Part shown: piece after piece, positions 17,200 to 31,320 of the stretch
Layout: each line of letters opens with the position of its first letter
Position numbering within the stretch: position 1 is the first letter of the stretch
Assembly (NCBI GenBank): GCA_964016885.1
Contig: OZ024752.1
Coordinates: 4,216,001-4,280,000, forward strand
Length of the DNA: 64,000 nt
Reading direction: 5' to 3'
DNA from: Eledone cirrhosa
Lineage: Eukaryota
The notes under the pieces: model-generated
What the model was told of the DNA's origin: nothing
Databases searched by the model: none
What the model saw: the letters and a program-made list of their open reading frames with translations, nothing else
Made by a program: the position numbers and the translations under genes

Positions 17200-17452
17200 C
17201 CTAATGAGCATCAAACTGCTACCTGCAGACTCGGATATTCAGGATATATCGGAGGGCCACCCAGTAAGTATTCCTTCAGGAGTGTTCAGAAAAAGGGGGC
17301 TGGACTAATGTTCTTTAACCAGCCTTGGAAGCCCTTCAAGATGGTACCTAGTGCTCCTCTGATAGAGATGACATTGATCTCATGACAGTTGAAAATCTTT
17401 TTCAATTCCCACTTTAACTCCTGGGACCGATTAATTTTCTCCTCCGTTTCTT
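17200..17452 (-). mobile_element. Second, more decayed R4-like endonuclease fragment
   Basis: Minus translation IIDAAYPFDKVV*ETEEKINRSQELKWELKKIFNCHEINVISIRGALGTILKGFQGWL. Confidence 0.65.
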
Positions 17453-17499
17453 ACACTACTTTGTCAAAGGGATAAGCTGCATCTATAATTACTTATTAT

Positions 17500-17930
17500 T
17501 AGGGCGGTGGATTGGCAGTATCGGTGGAGGGTCGGATGCCATGCTTTGCAGCAATGAGTTACGGCCCTTTATGGTCTGAGTTCAAATCCCGCCAAGGTTA
17601 ACTTTGCCTTTCATCCTTACAGGGGCGATAAAATAAAGTACCAGTAATGTACTGGGTTATTGCTGGCCTTGTGCCAAAAGTAGAAACAATTATTACTAGT
17701 AAGGTGGTGGATTGGCAGAATCGGTAGAACGTCGGACAACATACTTAGTGGCATAGAGGTATGGCACTTTACGTTCTGAGTTCAAATCTCGCCGAGGTTA
17801 GCTTTACCTTTCATCCTTATGAGGTCCAAAAAATAAAGTACCAGTAATGCACTGGGGTCGATTTAATCGACTTTCCCCTCCCCCAAAATTGCTGGCCTTG
17901 TGCCTATATAAGAAATCATTATTATTATTA
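17500..17930 (+). mobile_element. Two head-to-tail SINEs (S1 17500-17696; longer variant 17700-17930)
   Basis: Two heads GG(C/T)GGTGGATTGGCAG, B-boxes and shared cores. Confidence 0.85.
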
Positions 17931-18204
17931 TTTATTTTTCATTCTTGGTCTATAATTTTGCTCTTTTTTGATTACAAATTCTTCTATTTTTTTTATGGTT
18001 ACCTTTTTTGTAACCATATTTCTAATAAGAATATACTGCCTTTGTGTTTTAATTAACAAATTAATAACAAAAATTATGAAAGGTTTAGTAAAATAACTTA
18101 CAACATATAAATACTTAACAACTGAAATCTAATATTACTTGTCAGGTAATAATCAGATATCAGTCCAAAGTTTTTTTAGAAATTTAAACATTTTAATAGA
18201 ATCA

Positions 18205-18354
18205 GTTTGGGGCTGTGGCCCTAGTGGTGTTGGCCTTAGAATCATAATGTCGTGGCTTTGATAGGATGGGTTGCATGTTGTGTTTTTGAGCAAAACACTT
18301 TATTTCTCATTTTCACATAGCTCTAGCAATAGCTGGGGGTTTAGCCCTGTGATG
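18205..18354 (+). mobile_element. SINE family S2 5' part, interrupted by a CR1-like LINE
   Basis: TTGTGTTTTTGAGCAAAACACTT...TTTAGCCCTGTGATG matches 29325-29610. Confidence 0.65.
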
Positions 18355-20196
18355 TTCACTCAAAGCAGAGGCCTCACTCTCCAGTTGGTCCTCTTCGCAA
18401 TCCCCACACAAGCCAGGTTACCGACGACCCTAAGGAATGCGCAGAACTCATTGCTGAATGCTATGCAGGCATTTTCACTATTGAAGACCAGAGTGTACCA
18501 TCTCCAGCACCTCTGACACCGGATTCTATTACAACCATGGAATTTACACCTACAATGCTGCGACATCACCTTAAAAATAAGCCCAACCATGCCTCTCCTG
18601 GTCTTGATGGTGTTACGTTCCTGCTTCTCAAACATGGTGGGTACTTCCTTCTACACCAGCTATCAAGCTTCTTCCAATTCTGTCTGAACAACGGTACTAC
18701 TCCAGAACAGTGGAAAACTGACAGTGTCATTCCTCTGTTCAAAAAGGGTGACTGCACATCACCTGTGAACTATCATCCAGTCAGTCTTACTAGTTGCATT
18801 GCCAAACTGATGGAATCCTGTGTCAGAGAAACACTTTGGAACTTCTGGAACTCTCACAGTCTTATCCGGCCCTCGCAATTTGGATTTATCCCTAACTCCA
18901 GCTGCAGTGATCAACTTATCAAGTTTCTTGAAGACATCACCCGGATCACTGATGGCGGCTCATGGGTGGATGTTGTTTACCTTGACTTTGCTAAAGCTTT
19001 CAATTCTGTGCCACACAAAAGGCTTATGGCAAAACTCTCTGCAATGGGTGTGAAGGATGATCTTTTTAACTGGTTGAAGTCCTTCATTCTCAGTCGAAGA
19101 GAGGTAGTCATGCTTCTGGGACAGCATTCCTCACCATATGAGATGTCATCTGGTGTACCACAGAGATCTGTTCTTGGCCCCTTTTGTTTGTGGCATATAT
19201 TAATGACATAGATGCCAACTTAAAGAATGCCACAGTACTGAAATATGCAGACAACATCAAGCTGTACCTTGAGATAAAAAGGACAGATCCTGAACACTAT
19301 AGATCTTGCCTACAGTCTGACCTGGACACAATGCAAAAATGAATCACGGACTGGCAACTCAAGCTAGCTGTGGACAAGTGCACCACCATGCATTTTGGGA
19401 GTAAAAACCCAGCGTCCACATACTCCCTCCACAACACTAATATCAAGATGTCTTCTTGTGAACGTGACCTGGGCAATACGGTCAGCAGCGATTTGCATTC
19501 GACGAAGCATGTCTCTAAAATTGTCAAGAAAGCCGAGGGTGTCTTAGCATCACTCAACAAGACCTTTGTCAGCCGCTCCCCAGCTATCTATTTAAAGCTG
19601 TATATAGCTATGGTGTGGCTACACTTAGAATTTGCATCACCGGTCTGGAACCCCTATCTTGCTCAGAACATTGATCGCCTGGAAACTGTTCAGAGACGTG
19701 CAACCAAGCGAATACCCTCCATCAGGCATCTACCATACTCTGAACGCCTTGCTTCCCTGGGCATGGATACATTGAAGCTCCGTAGCCTGGCAACTGACTT
19801 GGTAAACACCCACAAAATTATTAACCATCTTGCCAACAACAACCCTGAGTGCCTTTTTGGTTTCCATGTGTCTAACACACGTGGGTATGCCCACAAAGTC
19901 AGAAAGCAGCACAGTTCCCATGACTTTCGGAAACATTTTTTCACGCTCAGAGTTGCTGAAGCATGGGTCAAACTGCATCAGTTATTAGCTCTCGAAACAC
20001 TGCATCCTTTAAAACCTCCATGCTTCCTGAGATTTGCCAACACTACACCTAATATTCCCCCTCCATACACACATGTATATCATGACTCATACACTATTCA
20101 CTTCCCGGACATTTGTATATTATTCCATGTACTATACATGCACCTTTGATGAGTTGTAGTGCACCTGAGCACTTTACACAATAATTTCATTATTAT
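18355..20196 (+). mobile_element. 5'-truncated, frameshifted CR1-group LINE (RT and C-terminal domain)
   Basis: ORFs 18537-19211 (YHPVSLTS, QFGF, YLDFAKAF, GVPQ.SVLGP), KYADNIK, 19370-20149 (ERDLG, LEFASPVWNP, VQRRATK); CATTATTAT tail. Confidence 0.92.
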
Positions 20197-21558
20197 CAAA
20201 AGTTAACCTCGCCGAGAATTGATCTCTGAGAGCAGAGAGGAGGAACAAATACCATAATACATTCTATCTGACATTCTAATGGCTGCCAATTCGCTGCCTA
20301 TTCCTGGAATAATGAAAGACAGACTTGACCATGACAGAATTTTATTTCAGAGTGAAAAGAACTAGCACAAATACTATAACATTCTAACAATTTTCCAAAC
20401 TATTCTTATTTTTTATAATGCTAATTTCCAGGAAGGTTTTTCCCTATCATCTCTTTTGTACTTTAAATTTTATGCAAGAATTGTAAAAATAATTTTCTGG
20501 TTTATTCTTTCCTAAAGGACAAAAACATTGGCAGGATTCACTTTTTCTTTCTTTCTCTCTTCCAAGGCTTGGCTTCATTTTCTCTATGATACCTCCCTCT
20601 ATAAAAACTAAGTCCTATTCTTCTAACATAGCACAAACACATTCATTCACTCACTCATTCATTTATTCATATATACACACAGAGACATATGTTTTATGTA
20701 AATATGCATGCATACAGACATAAGTACATACACACATATGCACATACATACATACGTACGTTCATACATACATACGTACGTACATACATACAATTGTAAT
20801 TGCATACATACATAGTGTACTTACATATGTACTTACTTATAAACATACATATATACATATATACCCACAAATACATACATACATAGTGTACTTACATATG
20901 TACTTACTTATAAACATACATACATACTTACATATATACATATATACACACAAATACATACATACATATGTACTTACATACATACATACACAGATGTACA
21001 AACATACATATATATACATAAATACTTACATACATACATAGAAAAATGAAACAGAAGACAATATCTAGAGAATTATACAAGTGTACTTGAAATGAAATCC
21101 TCTATTATAGAGTAAATAAAGCCTGACATGAATGACTAGTTTATAGAATTTCCCTATTAACGGTAGCTCCATACAATCCAAGAGCAAGAAATTCCCCCCA
21201 AGTATCTTCTGCATAAAATACAGAAAGTATCGACAGATATATTATATATAAATATATATTATATATATATATATTATATTTATTATATATATTATATATA
21301 TATTATATTTATTATATATATTATATATATATTATATTTATTATATATATTATATATATATTATATTTATTATATATATTATATATATATTATATTTATT
21401 ATATATATTATATTGTATATATAATATATATATATGATATATATATTATATCTATATATATAATATATATATTATATCTATATATATATTATATATATTA
21501 TATATATATAATATATATATTATATCTATATATAGATATAATATATATATTATATATT

Positions 21559-21731
21559 AGATAAGCCTCCTACACCCGAATATGCCTCCGTAAACAATAA
21601 CTCTCTGCTCGAGTGGGCCATGGTGCCCAAACACTGATTTGTAAGACTTCGCCAGGTGGTGCTATTAAGTTAGACATGGCCTGGGCCAATACTGACCGAA
21701 ACGTATCAAAGTTATCAAAGTAATCAAAGTT
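21559..21731 (+). mobile_element. Short 3' end of the CR1-like family also seen at 40345-40952
   Basis: GGGCCATGGTGCCCAAA...AGACTTCGCCAGGTGGTGCTATTAAGTTAGACATGGCC; TCAAAGT repeat tail. Confidence 0.85.
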
Positions 21732-21754
21732 ATATATATATATAATGGTTACAA

Positions 21755-21942
21755 AGGCGGTGGATTGACAGTATCGGCAGAGAGTCAGACACCATGCTTT
21801 GAAGCATAGAGTTACGTCCCTTTATGATCTGAGTTCAAATCCCGCCGAGGTTAACTTTGCCTTTCATCTTTACGGGGTCGATAAAATAAAATACCAGTAA
21901 TGTACTGGGTAATTTCTGGCCTTGTGCCTAATATAGAAACAG
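21755..21942 (+). mobile_element. SINE S1
   Basis: Head, B-box, core. Confidence 0.85.
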
Positions 21943-21982
<40 letters not shown>

Positions 21983-22024
21983 TATAACTGTTATATATAT
22001 ATACAGTTATATATATATATAAAA

Positions 22025-22352
22025 TTAGAGCATTGGCCTGGTTAGAGCATTGGCCTTGCAATCGAAAGGTTGTGAGTTCAATTCTCAGACCGGGTGATGT
22101 GTTGTTTCCTTGAGCAAGACACTTTATTTCACATTGCTTCAGTTTACTCAGCTGTAGAAATGAGATGATAGGGACTGGGGTCCCTATCATTCCACTGCAA
22201 AGTGGTCGTGGAGGTGTCACAGCAAAAAAGCACTCAGCACTCACTGTAAACGAGGTTGGTGTTAGGAAGGGCATCCAGCTGTAGAAATCAAGCCAGAATC
22301 AGTTCCCGTCCCACCCTTGCAAGCAGGGAAAAGTGGACGTAAAATGAAATGA

Positions 22353-22355
<3 letters not shown>
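22025..22355 (+). mobile_element. Composite element: tRNA-like S2-type head + RTE-B 3' UTR + RTE-A terminal sequence
   Basis: Segment-wise matches to 29325-29470, 51570-51722 and 54235-54275. Confidence 0.65.
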
Positions 22356-22393
<38 letters not shown>

Positions 22394-23618
22394 GTTTGTG
22401 TGTATGCGTGTAAATAATACATACATGTTATATGACGTGGTGATGCATGGTGCATGTCTTGGCAGCTAAAAGTATTTTTTCTCCTTTTTGATTTGAAAAA
22501 CGATACTGTTTCTTCTGAGAGTAGAGAAGATTATCTTCACCTAAAGCTTAACATTCCGAAACTGAAGGTAGGTTGATCAGGTAACGAAGGATTAGGAGCA
22601 TACCCATCACCATTCTTTCTTCTTATCTCTCTCTCTCTTTCTCTCTCACTGTCTCTCTCTCTTGTGGCCATCTTTATTTTCCTCCACCACAACCACACAT
22701 TCTCTCTCTTCTCTTTCTTTCTCCCTTTTTCTCTCTCTTACACTCTCCCTTTCTCTCTCCCTTTCTCTCTCTCTCTCTACCTGATAGGGGGATTACAATG
22801 GAAGTTTATTTGTAGCAATTCCAGTGCTATTAAACTGAAGAACTTGGCAGTAGCCTCAAGTAGATGAAAATGGTGTAGAGACACAGGTTGTCAGAGTTAG
22901 TAGCCAAGCATTGACTTTGTATAATGCCAGCAGATTAAGTGGCTGGATGCCATCTTATGACTGCAACTAAACTGAATTTTACTAAATTTGGCTCACTGCC
23001 CAGAATTGGCATGAATTTTTCTATTTATTACAAAGCATAATAAGTTTATTCATCCATGTTGTGGGTTTTTGTTGTTGTTGTTGTTGTTGTTGCCGTGGCT
23101 GTTTTTTGTTTTTATTTCAAAAATGCATTTAGAAAGAATCATATCATCTTCGTTATTGTTGTTGTTGTTGTGGTCATTGTTAGTTTATTTTTGTTTCTTT
23201 TTGTTTTTCTTTATGACTTTTTGTTGGTGGTTTAATTCTTTACTCCAACTTATCTTTCTGCTCAACTTCTCTTCTCTCCTCTTCCTTTGACTCTTATATA
23301 ATGATTAATGTTTTTAGGACTTTTGGAATTGTATCTATCAATCAATCTCTTGTTAGTTCTAAGATATTAGTATTTAATGTTAATCTAATCATTTTAACCA
23401 CTAACTCTGTATATTAATGTCGTGTTACACTTTTTTCCCCTTATTTAGTCAGTAGGAGATAAATGAGCAAAACTGTGGCCTTTGTGGAAATTTGCTGGCT
23501 GTTACATCATCAATACAGTTGATGTTTTGCTTGAATTTCCACATATGGTTGTTCTTATTGCTGTTGCTATTGTTGTTTTCATTGTGCAGCCCCAGATCAG
23601 TTCTGATGGAGCAAACCT

Positions 23619-23902
23619 TTAAGCCTTTAGCATTTAAACCGACTGCTTCTGGCCAGAATTCTCTCACCTCTTTCTGTTCAAACCCACCGTAACTAGTCAC
23701 TCATACTGATGTTAAGGTATTATTCTCTAAATAAATAATATCAAAATCTCATAGATTCAATATTATGTGAGATATGAGAGATAAAGCCTTTACATCAAAA
23801 TATAATAGTAAATATAGAGTAATGTAAATATTATGAGAAATAAAGCCTTTACTTCAAAAATATAATAGTATATATATAATAATGTAAATGGTAAAGGGTT
23901 AA
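23619..23902. mobile_element. TTAA MITE copy with internal duplication
   Basis: ttaa-GCCTTTAGCATTT...AAATGGTAAAGGG-ttaa. Confidence 0.7.
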
Positions 23903-24297
23903 TCAACAAGAAGGAGTTGATCTCAGTTCAGACCAAGGAAACAATGTCTCCATTGGTCTTTCTATTGCTGATCTACTGGTCACAACTCCTAGCTGAAAGA
24001 GACAGAGTTAAACCTATAGTCAGAGATGTTTCATCTGTGACCATGCTGTCATTTTGTCAATTAGAGAATTCCCGCTTTTTGTTTTTTTAAGATGCTAAGA
24101 TATTATTTCAAAGAGATTTAGTTATTTCTAGAAAGTCAAGTGAGAAACTCTTGTCAGTTTGTGTTAGAGATTTTGTTCAAGATGTTTGTAATGGTGTTAT
24201 TGGGGGCATTTAGCCCTAAGTCAACAAACCTACTTCTATTCCTAGCCCGTCAAGCAATCATGTAAAATCTCTCTCGTTGGCTTGTAACATAGTCTGT

Positions 24298-24507
24298 TTA
24301 AACCTGAAGCATTTAAATCATCGATTACCTACCATATCTGGCCAGAACTCTCTCACCTCTGTCTAAACTGGCCATAACTGGCCACTCAAAATAAATAACA
24401 TGAAAATCTCGTAGATTCGATATTATGTGAGATAATTATGTGAGATAAAGCCTTTACCACAAAAATACAATAGTATATAGAGAGTAATGTAAATGCTAAA
24501 GAGTTAA
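24298..24507. mobile_element. TTAA MITE copy
   Basis: Internal similarity to 23619-23902; ends AAATGCTAAAGAG-ttaa. Confidence 0.65.
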
Positions 24508-25567
24508 GTGGGTGGGACGATAATATCTTCCTATCTGCCTGCTCTACATTTGATATCATGAAATAATGTTGGAGCATCTACATGGTTTCACAGCAAGCTA
24601 GAAATAACAGCTAAACTCCTTTCAATCTACACTTTATATAATCATCATCATCATTATACATCTGCTGTCCATGTTGGCATGGGTAGGATATTTTGGTACC
24701 ATCCAAGGCAGATTCTGACCTCATGCATGAGTTGAAACATAACTTGCTAGAGCATCCAATTTTAGGCATGGTTTCTACAATTGTAGAGCTTGTGTAACCC
24801 CAAGAATACTAGGTATATTTTATTGTGTTAAAAAAATAAAATAAAAGTCATATGATAATGCATTACTAGATAAATTAGTTGAAAATATGATAGTGAGGTC
24901 ATGTCTGGAATTCTTTTCTCAAAATATGATGGTGTGGTCATGTCTGGACTTTTTCTCTCAGAGCTGACTAGCAGCAACAACATATTCAGCTCTCAAATAA
25001 AGGAAGTTTATATGTAATACATCTTGAAGACACATGGCCTGCTGCTTGGAACAATGAATTTCTTCATGCATAGCAAAGTTCTAAAACAGTATTGATGCCT
25101 TTAGCAATATCAAGAAATAGAATTAAGTCTATACTATACTCTAATTCTTTCGTTCTTCAGCTTCTTGTGTTCAGGGATGCACAACAGAAATAAATTTAAG
25201 AGTGCAGTACACACTCTTCTGAAAATATTACTGAAAAAAAACAAAGAGTTTTTCTCTGACTTCCAGGCAATATATATATACACACACACATATATACATA
25301 TATGAATATATGTGTGTCTGTGTATATATATACACATATACATATATGAATATATGTGTGTGTATATATACACACACATATATATATATATATATATGTG
25401 TGTGAATAGTGAATATATAAGTGTGTGTATATATATGTATATATATATACAGTATATATATATACACACACACATACACACATATATATATATATACATA
25501 TTTGAATATATATGTGTGTATATATGTCTATAGTTTGTTATCTGTGTAGCTGCTACTGATGTAGCTT

Positions 25568-25688
<121 letters not shown>

Positions 25689-25693
25689 GTATG

Positions 25694-25805
<112 letters not shown>

Positions 25806-25883
25806 TGTATGTATATAGGAACCAGTAAGACCCCGACGGCTGAGCTCAAGCCGTTTCGACGGCTAATTCTGTATATATATAAT

Positions 25884-25946
<63 letters not shown>

Positions 25947-26784
25947 TCAGGAAAATGAAAAAACTCGGCGTATGGAAGCTGTTAAAGCAGCAAAATACTG
26001 TGGAAGTGGCGTTGGGTAAAATATTACCTGGAAGGACAGAGATCAGCGACTCGGTGTGAGTTGACTCGAAGAAAAGAAGAGAAGATAGAAAGGAAGAAAT
26101 AGAATGGATGAGAATAGATGACAAACATTAAAATATGTTCTTCACATCTCAACCTTCTGCAGTTTCAAATAGATTTTTGCCTATAATTCAAGGGCACCAT
26201 GTCGTACTCATTTTGCTATAGAACTAAGTTATGAGTATACATATATATGGAATACTCGGGCACTTTCATGATTCTGTCTACATAATTCCAATCCAATACC
26301 TGGTTTAGCACCATGACCTGGAGTTTGAGGGTGTTTAACAACATCCACTTTCTTGCAAGCATTTGATTCAGGTATAAAAATGTCCCCGGACGCTGTTTCC
26401 TTCCTTAACTAAATTGCAAAAAAAGATTTGGAGCAACCAAAGTATCTGACAGAGGATTTGCTTACTCGAGGTGCCTCACAATTTTATTGAACCAAAACAG
26501 ACTTATTTACCACATCGCTATGACTGTACCCATCTATCCTACTTATCCAATACATTAAAAAAAATCTGGAGAAAAAGTTTTAGACAAGCAGTAGCATCAC
26601 TAAAGCTGTTTCTGTTTTATTAACATTACACCATCACCCTCCTTGTGGTATAATTGTCTCTAGGCTCGGAGCTATCAAATATATCTCACATCTCTTTAGT
26701 TCTACAGTTTCCAACAGGTGTTTTCTGGCTAACCATGGTGTTAGATAAAAATAGAGTAGGGGGTAGTTGAGAGATGAAGAGAAA

Positions 26785-26912
26785 GAGATGGATATATAGA
26801 GAGAATGAGATGGATATATAGAGAGAATGAGATGGATATATAGAGAGAATGAGATGGATATATAGAGAGAATGAGATGGATATATAGAGAGAATGAGATG
26901 GATATATAGAGA
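26785..26912. repeat. 22-bp tandem repeat, ~6 copies
   Basis: GAGATGGATATATAGAGAGAAT. Confidence 0.95.
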
Positions 26913-27216
26913 GGGCGAGCTGACAAGTAAAAGCAGGACACAGACTGAAACCAAAGCCATCTATGTTTGTGTGTGCATATGTATATGTGTGTATGTAAGT
27001 ATGTATGTGTGTGTATGTAAGTATGTATGTGTGTATATATGTATATGTGTGTATGTAAGTATGTATGTGTGTATATATATATATAATTTCTAGAGCATTG
27101 CTTTTGTTCTTTTAACAGTTGATGATAATACTGTCATACTAGGCTTCAGAAATAAAATGTTCTGCTTCCTGTGTGGTTAGTTCGCTGGCTAGAAATAACA
27201 GCTAATACCTACTACA

Positions 27217-27461
27217 GAGGGTCATACCACCTTGGGAGAAGAGGCATCAGGCCAGGTTATAAGGGCGGCTTTGAAGAGAATGAGTTGGTTCTAGCAGTAT
27301 ATTGGGAAGTATGCCTGATTCACTTTCTTGTCCAACCCATGTCAGCATAGAAAGCCTGGCATACCTCACAATATACCGTTAGGTTCAACTCACTCTCTTC
27401 AAAGCCACCCTTATGATCTGACCTGACCTGATGCTTCCTCTCCCATGGGAATAAGACCCTC
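27217..27461. repeat. Degenerate fold-back (MITE-like), ~80-bp arms
   Basis: GCATCAGGCCAGGTTATAAGGGCGGCTTTGAAGAGAATGAGTTG vs CAACTCACTCTCTTCAAAGCCACCCTTATGATCTGACCTG. Confidence 0.7.
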
Positions 27462-27659
27462 ACACTCCTATCAATGCCTTCCCTGTGATGATGTCATGAT
27501 AAAAATTCACCCAGTCTATTTTGTAAAATGGTAGTGCTGGTGCTACAATGAAAAGTACCCAGTCCACACTGTAAATGTTAGCATGTCATAGGCACAATAA
27601 AATGTTCCAATACATGCTGTAAATAAGGTTGGTGTTAGAAACGTCATCCAGCTACAGAC

Positions 27660-28456
27660 ACCATGCCCCCAGTACATGTTCTAAAGTGGTTGGCATTAGA
27701 AATGGTATTAAGTCATAGAAGCCATGCTCCTAGTACATGCTGTAAAGTGGTTGGTGTTAGAAGAGTCACCTAGTCATAGAAGCCATGCTCCTAGTACACA
27801 CTGTAAAGTGGTTGGTGTTAGAAGAGTCACCTAGCCATAGAAACCATGCTCCTAGTACATGCTGTAAAGTGGTTGGTGTTAGAAGAGTCACCTAGCCATA
27901 GAAACCATGCTCCTAGTACATGCTGTATAGTGGTTGGTGTTAGAAGAGTCACCTAGTCATAGAAGCCATGCTCCTAGTACATGCTGTATAGTGGTTGGTG
28001 TTAGAAGAGTCACCTAGTCATAGAAGCCATGCTCCTAGTACATGCTGTATAGTGGTTGGTGTTAGAAGAGTCACCTAGTCATAGAAGCCATGCTCCTAGT
28101 ACATGCTGTATAGTGGTTGGTGTTAGAAGAGTCACCTAGCCATAGAAACCATGCTCCTAGTACATGCTGTATAGTGGTTGGTGTTAGAAGAGTCACCTAG
28201 TCATAGAAGCCATGCTCCTAGTACATGCTGTATAGTGGTTAGTGTTAGAAGAGTCACCTAGCCATAGAAACCATGCTCCTAGTACATGCTGTATAGTGGT
28301 TGGTGTTAGAAGAGTCACCTAGCCATAGAAGCCATGCTCCTAGTACATGCTGTAAAGTGGTTGGTGTTAGAAGAGTCACCTAGTCATAGAAACCATGCTC
28401 CTAGTACATGCTGTAAAGTGGTTGGCATTAGAAATGGCATTGAGCCATAGAAACCA
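27660..28456 (+). repeat. 61-bp minisatellite, ~12 copies, derived from an RTE/SINE 3'-UTR motif
   Basis: Unit CTAGTACATGCTGTA(T/A)AGTGGTTGGTGTTAGAAGAGTCACCTAG(C/T)CATAGAA(A/G)CCATGCTC. Confidence 0.92.
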
Positions 28457-29324
28457 AGCCAAAAATGGAATGCATGTGTAAGACATGGTCACCTGACTAG
28501 TCTAACATCGGAACTTGACAACATATCTAACCCATGCAAGCTTGGAATATAAATGTTAAATGGTGATGATGACGAGGGTGATATTATATAATGATGTCAT
28601 ACATATCCCCCAAAAGATGAGATGAGCAAGTTTGGCTTTGATCATAGGTCTGCTCAGTTATGGCTGATTTGTGGTTAAACAACCACGACAATCTTCCACA
28701 TTCACATTCTGTAGCAATCTAGAGAGCTTCAACACAGTTGCTTGACCTGCTGGAAATAGCAACTAAATTCCCTCAAATCACACCTTGCCATCTTCAGGAA
28801 GTGAGAATATATTTGGATGCTAGTAGAGAGACAGGAGAGTCGCAGTTGGAATACCTTTGATCATCCCAATCTAAATAACAACAACAAAAGCAGCAGCAAT
28901 GTAAATAAGCAGTTGAATCTGTAGGTCAACCTCCACATAGTCACTGTTTTTTTTAAACAGCTGACAAGATACCAGACCTCATTCTCTTACCATGGTCTTT
29001 CCATTGCTGGAACTCATCAAATCTGACCAAGGAAACAATGTTTCCATTAGTATTTCTATTGCTGATAGCAATGTGAAATAAAGTGTCTTGCTCAAGGACA
29101 TAACACATCGACCTGTCCAGCAATCAACCCCATAACCTTATAGCAGTGATGGTTTGAACAAGATTTGTACTCAGAATGGAATGAATTTGAACAAAGGCTG
29201 CAATATATATTTTCCAACATTCTACCAATTCTGTCAATCAATAGTAATGTTTCTAATAATGACACAAGTGAGGAAATTTGGTGGAGGGAGTTAGTAGATT
29301 ATATTGGTGCAGTACTAGACTATG

Positions 29325-29610
29325 TGGAGGCACGAGGCCTAGTGCTAAGGGTGTTGCACTCACGATCCTAATGTGATGGGTTCAATTCCTGGGCAGGGTT
29401 GCATGTTGTGTTCTCAAGCAAAACACTTCATTTCACTTTGCTCCAGTATACTCAGTTGAAAATGAGTACCAGCAGTAGCTGGAGTTTTAGCCCTGTGATG
29501 GACTAGCATCTTATCCAGAGGGGAGTCTTGTACTCTGTCACTTCAGGTCATAAAACCGGTATAAGCACTGGCTTAACGAGCTTTCTGGCCCGAGACAGAC
29601 TTTAGACTTA
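29325..29610 (+). mobile_element. tRNA-derived SINE family S2, near full length
   Basis: A-box-like GGCCTAGTGCTAAGG, B-box GGTTCAATTCC, central TTGTGTTCTCAAGCAAAACACTT domain, TTTAGACTTAGA tail. Confidence 0.8.
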
Positions 29611-29614
29611 GATT

Positions 29615-29880
29615 GGTACTTCACTGGTACCTTATGTTATTTAGAAGGATAAAAGACAAAGTTAGCCTTGGCAGGATTTGAACTCAAAATGTTAAAATGT
29701 TAAAAGGCAAAACTAATACCACAAGGCATTTTTCCAATGTTCCAGTGATTCCATCAATCAATTATAATAATTGTTTCTACTTTAGGCACAAGGCCAGCAA
29801 TTACCCAGTGTATTACTGGTACTTTATTTTATCAACCCCCGTAAGGATGAAAGACAATGAAGGATTTGAACTCAGACCGT
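29615..29880 (-). mobile_element. Two S1-type SINE fragments
   Basis: Shared core on minus strand. Confidence 0.7.
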
Positions 29881-29887
29881 AGTAGCA

Positions 29888-31320
29888 TTGATGATCATGA
29901 TGATGGTGATGATGATGTTGGTGTTGATGGTGATGATGATGGTGATGGTGTTGGTGTTGATAGTGATGATGGTGGTGATGGTGTTGGTGTTGATAGTGAT
30001 GATGATGGTGTTGATGGTGATGGTGTTGGTGTTGATGATGATGGTGATGATGATGGTGTTGATGGTGTTGATGATGGTGGTGATGTTGATGATGATGCTG
30101 GTGATGATGATGTTGATGGTGATGATGTTGTTGATGATGATGATGATGATGATGGCGGAAATGCTGATGATGATGATACAGCAGATATCAGGATATCAAG
30201 TGATGTTCGGATGTTGAAGTAAGAGCTGTTTTCCAACATCAACGGAAGAGATAGATTGACAGCTGAACTGAGTGGTGTGAGTTAGCAGACTTACTTCTCT
30301 CTATGGTAGGGGGCGGAGGGGGAGGGGAGGAAGGAGGGGGATGAGGAGAAAAAGAAAGAGAAGAAAAACAGGAGAGGAAGGAGCGGGAGGGAGGGGAGGA
30401 GGAAAAGAAGAACAAGAAGAGGGAGAGGAGGAGGAGAAGAGGAAGAAGAAGAAGAAGGTGCTTTGTAATTAATTGTATAATAGCTCCAGACTCAGATATA
30501 AGTGTTACAGCAATTCAGGAATCAAATGCCACAGCACCACACACATACACACACATACACACATACACACACATACACACACACATACACACATATACAC
30601 ACGTACACACACATACACACACACATACACATACACACACATACACACATATACACATGTACACACATATACACACGTACACACACATACACACATATAC
30701 ACACGTACACACACATACACACACACATACACACATATACACACATATACACACATACACACATATACACACGTACACACACATACACACACACATACAC
30801 ACATATACACACGTACACACACATACACACACACATACACACATATACACACATATACACACATATACACACATACACACATATACACACGTACACACAC
30901 ATACACACACACATACACACATATACACACGTACACACACATACACACATACAGACATACATACACACATACACACACACACACATACACATATACACAC
31001 TGCTGTTACTGCTGCTGCTGTGGTTGTTGCTGCTGTTGTTGCTGCTGTTCCTGTTGCTACTGCTGCTGCTGTTACTGCTGCTGCTGTTGCTTTTCTTTTG
31101 TTTTTATTTGCTATATATACTAAATTATATTTTCTCCTCTTGTTCCCACTCACTCCTTTTCTCCCCTCTGCCTCTCTCTTTCTCTCCCCCACCCCTCTTT
31201 CTCTCCCACCTCTCTATCTTTCTCCTCTCTCACTCCCATCTATCTCTATCTTTCTCCTCTCTCTCTCTCTCCCATCTCTCTATCTTTCTCCTCTCTCTTT
31301 CTCCCCCCTCTCTCTCTGAG
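29888..31320. repeat. Series of simple repeats: (GAT/GGT)n, purine-rich tract, (CA/TA)n, (CTG/TTG)n, (CT)n
   Basis: Direct reading. Confidence 0.9.

Noticed and set aside
22828-22880. CTGAAGA-ACTTG...CAAGT...GAAA
   Set aside because: Four-base offset before GAAA, no stem I
23482-23543. Hairpin TGTGGAAATT...AATTTCCACA as pre-miRNA
   Set aside because: Interior pairing poor; no recognisable mature miRNA
26140-26196. Minus-strand GAAA-CTGCAG motif with upstream hairpin
   Set aside because: Core positions 8/9 and U16.1 not conserved; at best a dead relic
27660-28456. 61-bp periodic array as CRISPR
   Set aside because: Whole unit repeats; no unique spacers
29325-29395. tRNA gene
   Set aside because: A/B boxes belong to a SINE head; no complete cloverleaf
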